From NCBI GenBank assembly GCA_963675595.2, contig CAXXLZ010000002.1, forward strand, positions 3,616,001-3,680,000: a DNA stretch of 64,000 nucleotides, in the 5' to 3' direction. A program made the position numbers and the translations under genes. Below, piece after piece: positions 1 to 10,711 of this stretch. Within the stretch, counting starts at the first letter, position 1; the number at the start of each line of letters is the position of its first letter. Source of the stretch: Thermodesulfobacteriota bacterium. Lineage in GTDB: Bacteria; Desulfobacterota; Desulfarculia; JACQYL01. The notes under the pieces are model-generated. The model was not told the DNA's origin. It saw only the letters and a list, made by a program, of their open reading frames with translations, and did no database searches.

Positions 1-854
1 TCCGCTTTGGCGGGCACGGGAATCTGATGCTCCCACCGGATCATGTGAGGATACAGAAGCAATTTGCGCTTCCAAGGAAGCGTGTCGTCGAACACGGCCA
101 TCTTTTGGTCTCCCACGACCACGAGCTTCTGTTCCTTGTAAGGATGGAGCCAGGAAACGAAAATATGAGCCTTCAGGCCGGACGGGAATTCGAGGTGGGT
201 CGTAGTGACGTCGGCAATGGCCTTGTGGAGATAGTTTGCGCCCATGGCCCGGACCGACTCCGGTTCTTCACCCGCGAGTGTCAGGATCATGGAAATGTCG
301 TGAGGAGCAAAGGACCAGAGAATATTCTCCTCACGACGTATCTTTCCCAGATTCAACCGATGTGAATAGATGTAGTTGATTCTGCCGAGCTCTCCACCTT
401 CCACCAACTCCCGCAGTTTAACGAACACCGGGTGAAATTGCAGGAGATGCCCCACCATCAATATGGTCTTTCTCTTGTCCGCCATTGCGATGAGTTCACG
501 GCCTTCCCGTTCGTCGAGTACCAAGGGCTTTTCGACATACACGTGCTTTCCGGCCATGATGGCCTCTCGAGCAAGCGTGAAATGGGTTTCGGCGGGTGTG
601 GCGATGACCAGCGCATCGATATCCTCTCGCGGGAGGATTTCTCCCAGGGTGAGGCAGGTGTCGACCTGCGGATATTGCCGGCGGAACTGGTCCAGAATGG
701 TTTCGTTCTTGTCGCAGATAAGTCTCAGGGCGCCGAGCTGAGCATAATTTCTCACCAGGTTCTTACCCCAGTATCCGGAACCGATGACGGCGACACGAGG
801 GAGCTGGGCATCGGATATTTGCCGCTGGGAAATATCCGGTTGGGAAGAGGACAT
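1..854 (-). CDS. Gfo/Idh/MocA family oxidoreductase (WbpB/WlbA-like nucleotide-sugar dehydrogenase), runs off left edge
   Basis: Absent from the ORF track. Manual minus-strand translation from ATG 854 (RBS GGAGG upstream) gives MSSSQPDISQRQISDAQLPRVAVIGSGYWGKNLVRN...ALVIATPAETH...GKHVYVEKP...LMVGHLLQFHP...WSFAPHDIS: Rossmann motif plus EKP motif. Confidence 0.88.
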   Translation of the reverse strand, partial: MSSSQPDISQRQISDAQLPRVAVIGSGYWGKNLVRNYAQLGALRLICDKNETILDQFRRQYPQVDTCLTLGEILPREDIDALVIATPAETHFTLAREAIMAGKHVYVEKPLVLDEREGRELIAMADKRKTILMVGHLLQFHPVFVKLRELVEGGELGRINYIYSHRLNLGKIRREENILWSFAPHDISMILTLAGEEPESVRAMGANYLHKAIADVTTTHLEFPSGLKAHIFVSWLHPYKEQKLVVVGDQKMAVFDDTLPWKRKLLLYPHMIRWEHQIPVPAKA

Positions 855-1266
855 AGTGGAACCTCCGTCGGATTTTATGAAATTGAAGGTCCGGGACAAG
901 GCCGCCGGTAGGGTAGAACCCATTACATGCAAATCAGCTTAACATCTCGAAGGAGCATCGTCCACCACCCGGCGGACGTAAGATTCGGCCCTTGCCCGGT
1001 TGCTTCATGGCCCGCATGTATGGTACATGAATCCAAGTATTGCAAAATGAATTCAGGATGATACGCACCGAGGGTCCGCTGCGGGGAAAGCACGAAACCA
1101 CCTAGGTTGGGTGTAGGACGTCTGGTCTTCTGGGAGGTTTCAATCTCCCTCGACAAGACGGAACCGCCGGGATCCGGCCGTGTTCGAATATCCGCGTGTT
1201 TCGCCTCTACAGGAGTCCGATTCTCTTTTTCTCGAGGCGGTGCGGAAAGAAATAAAGGGAGTGAGC

Positions 1267-2406
1267 ATGAAAAAAGGAAGAGTTGAGGAATTGGGAAGTA
1301 GGAGGGACTTCCTCAAGAAATCCGGGGCATTCGCCGCGGGAGCCGTCGGAGCCTCAATCCTTCCCGCCCCTCGGGAGAGCGCCGCTGCGTCTACCGTGAT
1401 GTGGAGGGTCCAAACCGTTTGGGATACGGATACGCTGGGCTTCGACCTGTTTGCCGACTTCTGTGCTTCGGTCAATCTGGCATCCGAGGGGAAGTTCAAG
1501 CTGGAACCCATGGCGGTCGGCACGGTGGTTCGAGGTTCGGAGATGTTTGACGCCGTGAGGGCGGGAGTCCTGGACGCCATGATGGGCTTCGAGTCTCATT
1601 GGGCCGCGAAACAGCCGGTGTCGCCTTTTCTCACGAGCTACCCCATGGGAATGGGAACCCCCGATCTGTGGGAGACCTGGTATGATCGTCTCGGCGGAAG
1701 CCAAATTGCCGATGAAGCTTACGGGAAGTATAAGATGGCTTTCTTGGGACCGATTCAGTATGGACATCCGGTGATTTTCTCCAAAGTCCCGCTGCGAAAT
1801 TTCGATGAGTTCAAAGGCAAAAAGCTTCATGTGGATCCGGGCATGGCGTCGGAATTCTATCGTGCCGCCGGAGCCGAGCCCGTCAACCTGGACGTTACCG
1901 AAGCGCACGACGCGTTGGACAAAGGCAAGGTCGACGCTACCGCGGTTTTCGGAGCGGCTCGCGGCTATTACCTGGGGTTGGGGGAAATCACCAAATATGT
2001 TGTTCTCGGGCCGCCTTCGACTCCAAGCCTTCACCGGGGAGCGGACCTGATGAGTCTCGTGGTCGGAGCGCGCAAATGGGGGGACCTGTCGGCGTCGCTC
2101 AAGCTTCAGCTGCGGGCTCTGCTCAGATTGTTTTCGTGGCGGCAATACGCGGCGTTTCAACAGGCCGACATGGAGGCCTGCCGGAACCTCCGCAAAGAGC
2201 AGAAGATGGAGATCATCCGCTTGGCAGAAGAGGATCTGAAACGTTTTCAGCGCGCCGCCCCCGCGATTTGGGTCAAGTCCGCAAAGAAGTCGCCCTTGGC
2301 GGCCAAGGCCTTGAAAAGCCAGATCGACTTTCAAATGTCGCCCAATGTCGGACTCCTTTCGGAGTCGGATCTGGTGGACGAGCATGGAAAGAAGCTGTCC
2401 TTCTAA
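1267..2406 (+). CDS. dctP: TRAP transporter substrate-binding protein (TakP-like) with Tat signal; no dctQ/dctM adjacent
   Basis: SRRDFLKK twin-arginine signal, WRVQTVW, MFDAVRAGVLD, ALDKGKVDA motifs; ATG 1267 follows AAGGGAG. Confidence 0.8.
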   Translation: MKKGRVEELGSRRDFLKKSGAFAAGAVGASILPAPRESAAASTVMWRVQTVWDTDTLGFDLFADFCASVNLASEGKFKLEPMAVGTVVRGSEMFDAVRAGVLDAMMGFESHWAAKQPVSPFLTSYPMGMGTPDLWETWYDRLGGSQIADEAYGKYKMAFLGPIQYGHPVIFSKVPLRNFDEFKGKKLHVDPGMASEFYRAAGAEPVNLDVTEAHDALDKGKVDATAVFGAARGYYLGLGEITKYVVLGPPSTPSLHRGADLMSLVVGARKWGDLSASLKLQLRALLRLFSWRQYAAFQQADMEACRNLRKEQKMEIIRLAEEDLKRFQRAAPAIWVKSAKKSPLAAKALKSQIDFQMSPNVGLLSESDLVDEHGKKLSF

Positions 2407-2555
2407 CCACGGCGGCATATAATCGATCCTTGACATAAGTTTTTATTTAAAAGTCCGATATCGGGATAGAGACTTTTTGGGTTCATTGCGGTATATGTAT
2501 TCAGGTCGGCACATCGGTAGATTCTCTCTCATGCGGAAAGTACCCGGTAGCCAAA

Positions 2556-4469
2556 ATGGTGCGGAAATATCTCATGAAGCTGAAAAGGCGTCCCAATTTA
2601 GGCTTTCTACTCATTTCTCTGAGTGTTCTCATCGTCCTTGCCCTTCTTTATCTCGTGGCCAGGCATGTAGCCGTCAACGAAGCTTTGGGCCATGCGGCCG
2701 GTGTCGCCATAGCCACGGCGGCGGGCATCGAGCCCGAGGATGTGGCCTCCATCCGTAAACCCTCGGACGTGGCGCTTCCCGCCTTTCAAAAAGTTCAGAG
2801 ATTCCTCCACCGTGTGTCCGGCTCGAACCTGGACGTGAAATATGTTTATCTGATTCGGAAAATTACCGACAAACAGGACGGATCGGCCTCTTTTGAATAC
2901 GTCTTGGATGATTCCGCATTGGACATCAATGGGAACGGAGTTCTGGAGGCCGGAGAAATCAGACGTCTCCCGGGAACGCCTTTCGAACATACGGGCGGTT
3001 TGGCTGAGCTGAAACGGGCCTGGTACCACCCGACGTCCCAGTTTGGTGATTCACCGGGCGACGAATTCGCCGGGCACATCTCCGGGTTCGCACCGGTCAA
3101 AGAAACCGACGGCGAAACCGTGGCCATACTCGGAGTGGACATCAGTTCCAGTGACGTCCGCACGCGACTGTTCCGCCTGCGGGTTTCCGTAGTGGCGGTT
3201 TGGCTTTTTCTGAGTCTTCTGGGTTTCTACTTCTCCGGGATCACAAAAAGGAAATGGCTGGGGTACGTACTTGTATCATTGATCATTCTGGTGCTTTTCG
3301 GATTCCTGTATATGATCGCGCGGCGAGTAATCATCAACGAAATCCGTTACCATGCCATGGGCGTGGCCATCGCCACGGCTGCGGGTATTGAGGCTTCGGA
3401 TATTGAAGGTATCTCGTCCGCCGAGGACATTGCGCGTCCGGGATTTCAGAGGTTGCAGAAATTTCTTGGAAGAATCTCGGATACCAATGTGGATGTGCGT
3501 TACATCTACATTATGAGGCGGAGCCTTCAGGGGACCGGCAAGGCGAGCGATTTCGAATACGTGGTGGACGAGGTTTCGATGGATGAGAATGGGAACGGAG
3601 TCATCGATCCCCAGGAAGTGGGAAATCCGCCCGGAACCTATTATGATGCTTCGGGATTTCCTCAGATGGTCAAAGCCTGGTATCAGGCCACGGCGGACTA
3701 CGACGTTTCTCCAGATCCTCCTTATCCGGACCTGATGTCCGGGTATGCTCCCATCAAGAACCAGCAGGGACGGACCGTCGCCATTGTGGGGGTGGACGTA
3801 ACCGCGGCCGTGGTAAAGCAGAAACTCAAAGCGGTACAGGCGGTGATCGTTATTGTCTGGGCGGCACTGAGTCTCATGACCATAGCGGTTCTGCAATTCT
3901 ATTTCAGCCAGCGGAAGCTCCTGGAGGAGCGAAACCGATTGGTGGAACAGCTGGCGGAGAGTGAACGTAAGTATCGAGAGCTGAGCGTTACCGATGATCT
4001 GACCGGGCTGAACAATACTCGGCTGTTCTACGAGCAGTTGAACAGAGAGATCAGCCGAACCACCCGTTACGGCCACGAAATGAGCCTTCTTCTCCTGGAT
4101 ATCGACGATTTCAAAGCGTTTAACGATACCTTCGGACATCTCAAAGGAAACAAGGCGTTGACCCGGCTCGGGGAGATTATTCGGGCGAACCTGAGGGAAT
4201 CCGATTCGGGTTATCGATACGGAGGCGAGGAATTCACCGTGATCTTGCCCGAGACGAGCAAAGACCAGGGCATGAACATGGCGGAGCGTATTCGTCGGCT
4301 GTTCGAAGAGGAAGGCTTGGGCGGAGAAAACGGGAGATCATGCATCACCGTCAGCATCGGCGTGGCGGAATACAAACCGGGAGAGGACGAAGAATCTCTT
4401 GTTCGTCGAGCCGATGAATACATGTACCAAGCCAAACGTGAGGGAAAAAACCGAGTCTGCTGCCTCTGA
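2556..4469 (+). CDS. Membrane-bound diguanylate cyclase with two tandem extracytoplasmic sensor domains
   Basis: C-terminal TDDLTGLNN...DIDDFKAFNDTFGHLKGN...RESD (I-site)...RYGGEEF; repeated unit HAxGVAIATAAGIE...YVY/YIY...SG(F/Y)AP(V/I)K...VAI(L/V)GVD flanked by TM helices. Confidence 0.93.
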   Translation: MVRKYLMKLKRRPNLGFLLISLSVLIVLALLYLVARHVAVNEALGHAAGVAIATAAGIEPEDVASIRKPSDVALPAFQKVQRFLHRVSGSNLDVKYVYLIRKITDKQDGSASFEYVLDDSALDINGNGVLEAGEIRRLPGTPFEHTGGLAELKRAWYHPTSQFGDSPGDEFAGHISGFAPVKETDGETVAILGVDISSSDVRTRLFRLRVSVVAVWLFLSLLGFYFSGITKRKWLGYVLVSLIILVLFGFLYMIARRVIINEIRYHAMGVAIATAAGIEASDIEGISSAEDIARPGFQRLQKFLGRISDTNVDVRYIYIMRRSLQGTGKASDFEYVVDEVSMDENGNGVIDPQEVGNPPGTYYDASGFPQMVKAWYQATADYDVSPDPPYPDLMSGYAPIKNQQGRTVAIVGVDVTAAVVKQKLKAVQAVIVIVWAALSLMTIAVLQFYFSQRKLLEERNRLVEQLAESERKYRELSVTDDLTGLNNTRLFYEQLNREISRTTRYGHEMSLLLLDIDDFKAFNDTFGHLKGNKALTRLGEIIRANLRESDSGYRYGGEEFTVILPETSKDQGMNMAERIRRLFEEEGLGGENGRSCITVSIGVAEYKPGEDEESLVRRADEYMYQAKREGKNRVCCL

Positions 4470-4542
4470 TGCCGAGCCGAGGTAGAAGAGCCGTTTCAAG
4501 TCCCTCATCGTCAACACCCGAACGATCGGGTTTGATCAGGAT

Positions 4543-5586
4543 TCACATTCCGCCGCGGTCCCCCATGCCTCCTTGGCCGATGAGGGCGAAGGGCACCATT
4601 TTCTTTGTGGTTCGGCCTTGTTTGATGACGGCTTCCAGCACTTCTTCCTTGCTCCCCAACGCGACGCGTATCCAGTATTTCCCCGCGGGCATGGCCCTGT
4701 TGATGTAGGGCGTCTTTCCCATAAAGGTCCAGGCCTCGCTCGGGCCATAAGGCGCAAGCCAACTCTTGGACCGGTCCATGTAGAACACGTCCGCCCCGGC
4801 AGGGGATGAACGGATTTCCAGCACGGCCGCTCCCTTTTCGGGAGCGGGGGGCGGGGCGGCTTCCCGGGTGAAGATGTCGTCTTCCCCTCTGGAAGAGTCG
4901 CTCGGTCTAAACACGTTCCAGAAAGACCAAGCCTCCTCCTTGTTTGAGGCTTCCGGGTCCGACGCCTGATCGGTCGAAGGGGTGGTCTTTTGTTCGGTCG
5001 GTGTGACCATGACCGTGTTCTCGGAAGATCCGGAGGAGGACGGTGAAGAAACGTATGAGCCGGAAGAGGCCGGAGCGGGTTGGGGCTCCTTACCGGAGAG
5101 ACGATCACCCAGCCGGGTCACGGCGCTCTCGAGGTCGCCGATTCCCTGCGCTTTCTCTCTCAAATGATTGGTGATGGAGCCGGTTTTCGTGTCGATCATT
5201 CGTACGGAAACGTAAATGGGAAAATCGGGGGCGAGTTGAACCACGGTTCCGGTGAGAATGGCCGAAACACCGAGCAGATGTCCCACCCGTGCAACGGTCT
5301 GCGGATCGACCCTGCCGCTTTGACCCAGGTTCTGTTCCTCGATGACCTTCTGGAGAGAGAGCCTTTCCTTCACGTCAAAAACGTCGTTTCCGACGAGCGA
5401 GGCGGTCAGCCACTCGGCAACGATGGCCCCGGCGTCCGGTATTCGGATGTCACCTTGGGCATCGAATTCCACCACCGCGATTTTGACTTTTTCCTCGGCG
5501 TTTCCGGCGACGGAAAAAGCGAGCAGAATTGTCAGTGCCCACCAGACCATTCCTGAATATCGCGCTTTTTGATTTCCTCCCGCCAT
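4543..5586 (-). CDS. Secreted CsgG/HfaB (TolB-N-like) domain protein with Ser/Pro-rich linker and PEGA-like C-terminal domain
   Basis: Signal peptide; KIAVVEF...VKERLSLQKVIEEQNLGQSGRVDPQTVARVGHLLGVSAILTGTV; C-terminal LEIRSSPAGADVF...GKTP. Confidence 0.72.
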   Translation of the reverse strand: MAGGNQKARYSGMVWWALTILLAFSVAGNAEEKVKIAVVEFDAQGDIRIPDAGAIVAEWLTASLVGNDVFDVKERLSLQKVIEEQNLGQSGRVDPQTVARVGHLLGVSAILTGTVVQLAPDFPIYVSVRMIDTKTGSITNHLREKAQGIGDLESAVTRLGDRLSGKEPQPAPASSGSYVSSPSSSGSSENTVMVTPTEQKTTPSTDQASDPEASNKEEAWSFWNVFRPSDSSRGEDDIFTREAAPPPAPEKGAAVLEIRSSPAGADVFYMDRSKSWLAPYGPSEAWTFMGKTPYINRAMPAGKYWIRVALGSKEEVLEAVIKQGRTTKKMVPFALIGQGGMGDRGGM

Positions 5587-5675
5587 GGTTCGTCCTTTCC
5601 GGTCCTGTCTAAACTATAGGGTTGGGCGGGATGTTGTGCAACCCGCCGGCCGGGTGACGGGAAGAGGCTCCCGCT

Positions 5676-8600
5676 TTACGGGGCGGATTCTCGATAGAGC
5701 ATGTAATAAACCACGGGAACGAGGACCAGGGAGAAGGCGGTGGACACGAACAGCCCGAAAATCAGCGCCCAGGCCAATCCGGAGAAGATGGGGTCCAAGG
5801 TGATGGGAAGAGCGCTTAGGGCCGTGGTGGCCGCCGTGAGGAAGATGGGTCTCATGCGGACCGCGCCGCTCTGAAGGATCGCCTCCCGCACGTCCATTCC
5901 CTGCAGACGGGAGTCGCGAATAAAGGTGATGAGTACCACGGAATTTCGCACCACGATTCCCGCGAGAGCGATGGTTCCGATCATGGCCGTTGCGGTGAAA
6001 AACACGGGATTGGGAAAGCCGTCCACCGGAGGAGCGAAGAGCAGGTTCAGGAAAAAGAACCCCGGCATGATTCCAATGATGGTGAGGGGAACGGCAATGA
6101 GCAGGACCAGAGGCAACAGGTAGCTTCGAGTCTCGTAAACCAGGAGTATGTAGATTCCGAGAAAAGCCACGGCGAAGGCGATGCCCAGGTCCCGGAAAAC
6201 GTCCAGTGTGATCTTCCATTCTCCCTCTCCCGCCAGTTCCACTTCGAAACCCGGCGGCAGGGGTTGTTCCTCCAATCGCTGCTTCAGGCCGAAGATGGCT
6301 TCAGCAGGGGATCTTCCGGCCATTTCGCCGTAAAGATAGACCACTTTGCGAAGATTCTTATGATATATGGTTTGTTCCACACGAAATTCCTGGAAGCGAC
6401 CTAGTTCGGACAGACGGACGGATTTTTTGCCGGCTCCACGAACATGGAGCCTTTCCAGATCGTCGAGGGAGGATCTCATGGCCCTCGGGAGCTGAATTCG
6501 AATGAACAGAGGGTTGGCTTCAAGAGGTATGTGAAGGGCTCCGGGGGAGGAGCCCTCAAGGCCCAGTCTGATCGTTTGTGCGATCGCGTCCGTTGATACT
6601 CCGTGCAGCGCCGCTTTCTCTTTGTCCACTCGGAATACATAGCGCAATTGGGGTGACTCGATGGAATCGTCGCGATCCACGAGAAGGGGCTCATCGGCCA
6701 TGTAGGTTTCCACCGTCTTCGCCGCATTCATGATTTCCTGGTAGGTCTGGTCGGGCGCGCCGTAGATCTCGGCGGTGATGGTGGCCAGGACGGGTGGACC
6801 CGGTGGAGTCTCCACAATCTTGATGTTCGCGCCGTACCGTTCCGCAATGGCCGTCAAATCGTTCCGGAGTCTGAGGGCGACGGCATGACTTTGCTGTTCC
6901 CTTCGGTCTTTGGGAACCAGGTTGATACGCACGTCCGCCACATTGCCTCCCTCGCGGAGGTAGTAGTGTCTGACCATGCCGTTGAAGTCCATGGGACTGG
7001 AAAGACCGACGAAAACCGCGAAGTTGGTCACTTCGGGCACGGTCCCCAGGTATTCGGCAAAAGCGTCCGCCGTTCCGGCGGTTTCCTCCAGGGTGGTGCC
7101 TTCCGGCATATCGATGACGATCTGCAGCTCGTTCTTGTTGTCGAACGGGAGCATCTTCAACGGTACGAACCCGAAAACGGCGAGGCTCACCGCGCCCAGG
7201 AAGAGAAGGATCACGGTGATGATCAGCACGAGACGCCGAGTTCCGGAATCGAGAAAAGGCCCGACCAGCCGGGAGTAGGTTCGCTGCAGCCACTCAGGAA
7301 CGGTCTGCTGTGGAATACTCGAATCCGGGGCGTTTTCTTCCAACCCCTGCTTTCGAAGGAGTAGAAAACTGAGCCAGGGGACCAAGGTCAAAGCACACAC
7401 CGTGCTGAAAGTTACGGCCAGTGGGACGTTGACCGCCATGGGTTTCATGTAGGGACCCATCATGCCCGTAATGAAAAACATGGGAGCAAAGCTCACGATA
7501 ATGGCCAGGCTGGAAAGAATGACCGGGGGAAGGACTTCGGTCACTGCGGCCAGCGTGGCGTCCAGGGGCTTCTTCATGCGCATGCGGATGTGACGTTGGA
7601 CGTTGTCCACAATGGCGATGGGATCATCCACCACGAGGCCGAGGGAGAGAATCAGCGCGAACAGGGTGACCCGGTTGATGGTGTAGCCGGCGATGAAATT
7701 GACGAGCAATGTCAGACTGAAGGTTACCGGAACGGCGGTAATCACAATGAGGGCTTCCCGACCGCCCATGAAGAAGGAGATGAGCACTGCGACCACGATG
7801 CCGGCTACGGCCAGGGATTCAACCAGGTCGTTCACCTTATCGTTGGCGGTAAGCCCGTAATCCCTCGTAACGGCTATTTTCATTCCGTCGGGCAGAATCG
7901 TTCGCTGAAGTTCCTCCAGGCGTTTCTGGACCGCGTTGGAAACCGTGACCGCATTGGAGCCCTTTTGTTTGGCCACGGCCAAGGTTACCGCCGGATAGAA
8001 AACCCCGGATTCGTAGCCGGTGGGGAGAGCTTTCAAGGCCGAGGCTCGACCGAATCCCAATTTGGTATAAGAGGCGATTTCTTCCGGGCCGTCCGTGACG
8101 TGTGCGACGTCCCTGAGATAGACGGGTTTTTCTCCTTCGATTCCCACCACGAGATCGCGAACTTCGTCCGGGTCGGAAAGCGTTGTGCCGCCGTCCACTA
8201 CGATAAGGAGATTGTCTCTCTCAAAGTCTCCGGCGGGCAAAGTGACGTTGGCTCCGGATAGAGCCTGATAAACGTCCAGAGGAGTGAGCTTTCGCGCCGC
8301 CAGGGCTTCCGGGTCCAAGTCCACCGTGAGCCGGCGGCTCAGTCCGCCGATGATGCTTGTGATCCCGGTTTTAGGCACCTGCTGTACCAGTATTTCAAGT
8401 TCCTCCGCCACCCGGCGAAGCTCGAAAAGCGAGTGTTTCGAGCTGTAAAGCGTGGCGGCCAAGATGGGAACATCGTCGATCTCCACGGGCTTGACCACCC
8501 ATCCGGTGACACCGGGAGGAATCCGGTCGAGGTTCATTTCGATCTTGTTGTACAGGCGTATGAGACTGTCTTCCCGATTTTCTCCCACGTAGAACCGCAC

Positions 8601-8900
8601 CGTTACTATGGCCATATCTCGTTTGGACATGCTGTAGACGTATTCGACTCCGTCGATTTCCATGAGCATTTTTTCCAAACGGGTTGATGCCAGGCGTTCC
8701 ACCTCCTCGGCACTGAATCCGGGCATCTGAATGATCACGTCCGCCATCGGCACGACGATCTGGGGATCCTCCTCGCGGGGCGTGGCGACCAGTGCGAGGA
8801 ATCCCGCCGCCAAGGCAAACAGGATCAGTAACGGGGACAGATTCCGGACGATAAAAGCGCGAACGAACGCGGACAGTATTCCAGTACGTTCCGTAGTCAT
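5676..8900 (-). CDS. RND efflux transporter permease (AcrB/CzcA superfamily)
   Basis: 1074 aa; TPREEDPQIVVP, GLVVDDPIAIVDN, GIVVRNSVVL, RMRPIFLTA motifs. Confidence 0.95.
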   Translation of the reverse strand: MTTERTGILSAFVRAFIVRNLSPLLILFALAAGFLALVATPREEDPQIVVPMADVIIQMPGFSAEEVERLASTRLEKMLMEIDGVEYVYSMSKRDMAIVTVRFYVGENREDSLIRLYNKIEMNLDRIPPGVTGWVVKPVEIDDVPILAATLYSSKHSLFELRRVAEELEILVQQVPKTGITSIIGGLSRRLTVDLDPEALAARKLTPLDVYQALSGANVTLPAGDFERDNLLIVVDGGTTLSDPDEVRDLVVGIEGEKPVYLRDVAHVTDGPEEIASYTKLGFGRASALKALPTGYESGVFYPAVTLAVAKQKGSNAVTVSNAVQKRLEELQRTILPDGMKIAVTRDYGLTANDKVNDLVESLAVAGIVVAVLISFFMGGREALIVITAVPVTFSLTLLVNFIAGYTINRVTLFALILSLGLVVDDPIAIVDNVQRHIRMRMKKPLDATLAAVTEVLPPVILSSLAIIVSFAPMFFITGMMGPYMKPMAVNVPLAVTFSTVCALTLVPWLSFLLLRKQGLEENAPDSSIPQQTVPEWLQRTYSRLVGPFLDSGTRRLVLIITVILLFLGAVSLAVFGFVPLKMLPFDNKNELQIVIDMPEGTTLEETAGTADAFAEYLGTVPEVTNFAVFVGLSSPMDFNGMVRHYYLREGGNVADVRINLVPKDRREQQSHAVALRLRNDLTAIAERYGANIKIVETPPGPPVLATITAEIYGAPDQTYQEIMNAAKTVETYMADEPLLVDRDDSIESPQLRYVFRVDKEKAALHGVSTDAIAQTIRLGLEGSSPGALHIPLEANPLFIRIQLPRAMRSSLDDLERLHVRGAGKKSVRLSELGRFQEFRVEQTIYHKNLRKVVYLYGEMAGRSPAEAIFGLKQRLEEQPLPPGFEVELAGEGEWKITLDVFRDLGIAFAVAFLGIYILLVYETRSYLLPLVLLIAVPLTIIGIMPGFFFLNLLFAPPVDGFPNPVFFTATAMIGTIALAGIVVRNSVVLITFIRDSRLQGMDVREAILQSGAVRMRPIFLTAATTALSALPITLDPIFSGLAWALIFGLFVSTAFSLVLVPVVYYMLYRESAP

Positions 8901-8920
8901 GTGGAAACCTTATTCGGCAT

Positions 8921-10015
8921 TCAGTGCAATATAACCCTTGGGGGAACGTCCGAGCCCTTCGGAGGATCGACCCCCGAAAGCACCTCGACTCGATCGCCGA
9001 CGACTTTTCCCGTTTGCACCTGCACACGGGTCACCGTGTCATCGGGAGCGACCACGTCCAGGAGTCTCACTTGGCCCACGTGCCTCACCGATTGAGCCGG
9101 AACGAGCAGGCGTTGAATCCGGCCGCATGGGATTTCTATGCGACCGAACATTCCGGGATAGAGGCGGCCTTCATCCGGGAGGGAAACTTTGACGGTGAAC
9201 GACCGACTGGATTCCGAGGCTTGAGGGACTATTTCTTCCACCTTGCCGATGCCTCGGAAATCCAGCGCGGGAATCACCATGTCGATGTCCTGCGCATGAG
9301 TGATGCATGAGAGGACGGATTCCGGGATATCGGCTTCCAGACGGAGATTGGAGGGATCATACATGGAAAGGAGCGCTCGACCCGATACCGCCATGTCCCC
9401 GGGTTCGGACAATCTTTCGATCACCTTTCCGTCGGCCGGAGCGTAGATTCGGGTGAAACCGAGGCGGGAATCCACCACTGCGATTTCTTCTTCGGCACCC
9501 TTGACCGCCGCTTCCGCGGCTTCCAAAGCCCGTTGAGCCACATCGTATTCATGGCGGCTGACGGCATCGCGCTGAAATAGTTCCCGCCTCCGCACAAAAT
9601 CTTTTCGATTCAAGTTCCGATCGGCCTCGGCAGCTTCGAGGACCGCGCGAGCCGCCGCTTTTTGGGCGATCAGTTCACCCGGATCCAGTTGGACCAACAA
9701 GTCGCCCCGACGTACCACATCCCCGGCGCGTACGAGAATCCGATCTACGCGTGCGAGTATTTTGGAAGAAATCAGAATTTCATGTTTGGCCCTTACCGTG
9801 CCGACAGCCTCGATCATTCTGGTGGAAGCGATCCATTCCATGGGAGCCGTTTCAGCTCCCGGGGGGAGCCTATTCACCGATTGCGCCAGGTGTTCGGGAG
9901 GAATCTTTTCCTTATACGCCCTGGTGACATAAACTCCCAAACCCGCAAACAGAATGAGGGACAATACCGCCCCGGCCAACCGTCGGAGTTTCGAGCTTCC
10001 AGGCGTGAGTTTCAT
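8921..10015 (-). CDS. RND efflux periplasmic adaptor (MFP) subunit
   Basis: N-terminal TM, VRAGDVVRRGDLLVQLD, coiled hairpin, IYAPADGKV, LYPGMFGR; upstream of the RND permease. Confidence 0.93.
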   Translation of the reverse strand: MKLTPGSSKLRRLAGAVLSLILFAGLGVYVTRAYKEKIPPEHLAQSVNRLPPGAETAPMEWIASTRMIEAVGTVRAKHEILISSKILARVDRILVRAGDVVRRGDLLVQLDPGELIAQKAAARAVLEAAEADRNLNRKDFVRRRELFQRDAVSRHEYDVAQRALEAAEAAVKGAEEEIAVVDSRLGFTRIYAPADGKVIERLSEPGDMAVSGRALLSMYDPSNLRLEADIPESVLSCITHAQDIDMVIPALDFRGIGKVEEIVPQASESSRSFTVKVSLPDEGRLYPGMFGRIEIPCGRIQRLLVPAQSVRHVGQVRLLDVVAPDDTVTRVQVQTGKVVGDRVEVLSGVDPPKGSDVPPRVILH

Positions 10016-10711
10016 GTGGACTTTTCACCTTTCCTTCGGGTGTTCCGGTGGCCGGGGCCCCGGCGGTCTTCGGCGTTCTCCTCGTTCCCGCCGACGGTTG
10101 CGTATGGGATCCCGGTGATCATTCGGCAGTGTTGTTTTCCTTAAGAGCCCGATTCGCTTCCAAGGTTTCCTATCTGCGCTCGGGTGGTCCGCGTTTGGAG
10201 GTCGTTCGGCAAAGCGCCCAATGATGCCGTAACGTTGCGCCGCTATTCGTCCGAACGATACCAGCAAACCCCCGGAGTCGTCGAGAATAAACCCCGGTAT
10301 TGAGTATCCGGCTTGAAACCAGGAAGCCGTTGGAAAGCGGGTTGGAAGAAGCGGGTGCATGGACTGGGGAAACCCCTGAGAAAACTCGATCGCAATATGG
10401 TGGGGCGCATGGTTGGATGGTGATGTGCTTCATGAATGGGTTTGCAGAGTTTGGACAAAAAGGGGTAGCTTGAAACCCGGCGGCCGTATTCGTCTATTGC
10501 CGGGTCCATGTAAAGAAAGGCTTTTTTCGTCGGCCAAAACATGACATGAAAGCGGGTCACAATTTCCAAGAACAGGCCTGCCGAGCGACTCGAAGCGTCG
10601 GATGTCGGAAGAGAAGTGGTCGGCGACATTGCGGTGCTGTGGGTACGCGATGGAGATGTAGATTCCGAGCCGTTACAATCCTGATTTCTCGCGGTGGAGG
10701 CATAACAGCGC

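Noticed and set aside
27-911. Plus-strand ORFs 27-365 and 432-911
   Set aside because: Antisense shadows of the minus-strand oxidoreductase.
10016-10711. Short ORFs between the RND adaptor and the GT2
   Set aside because: No recognisable motifs and inconsistent frames; treated as a divergent promoter region.
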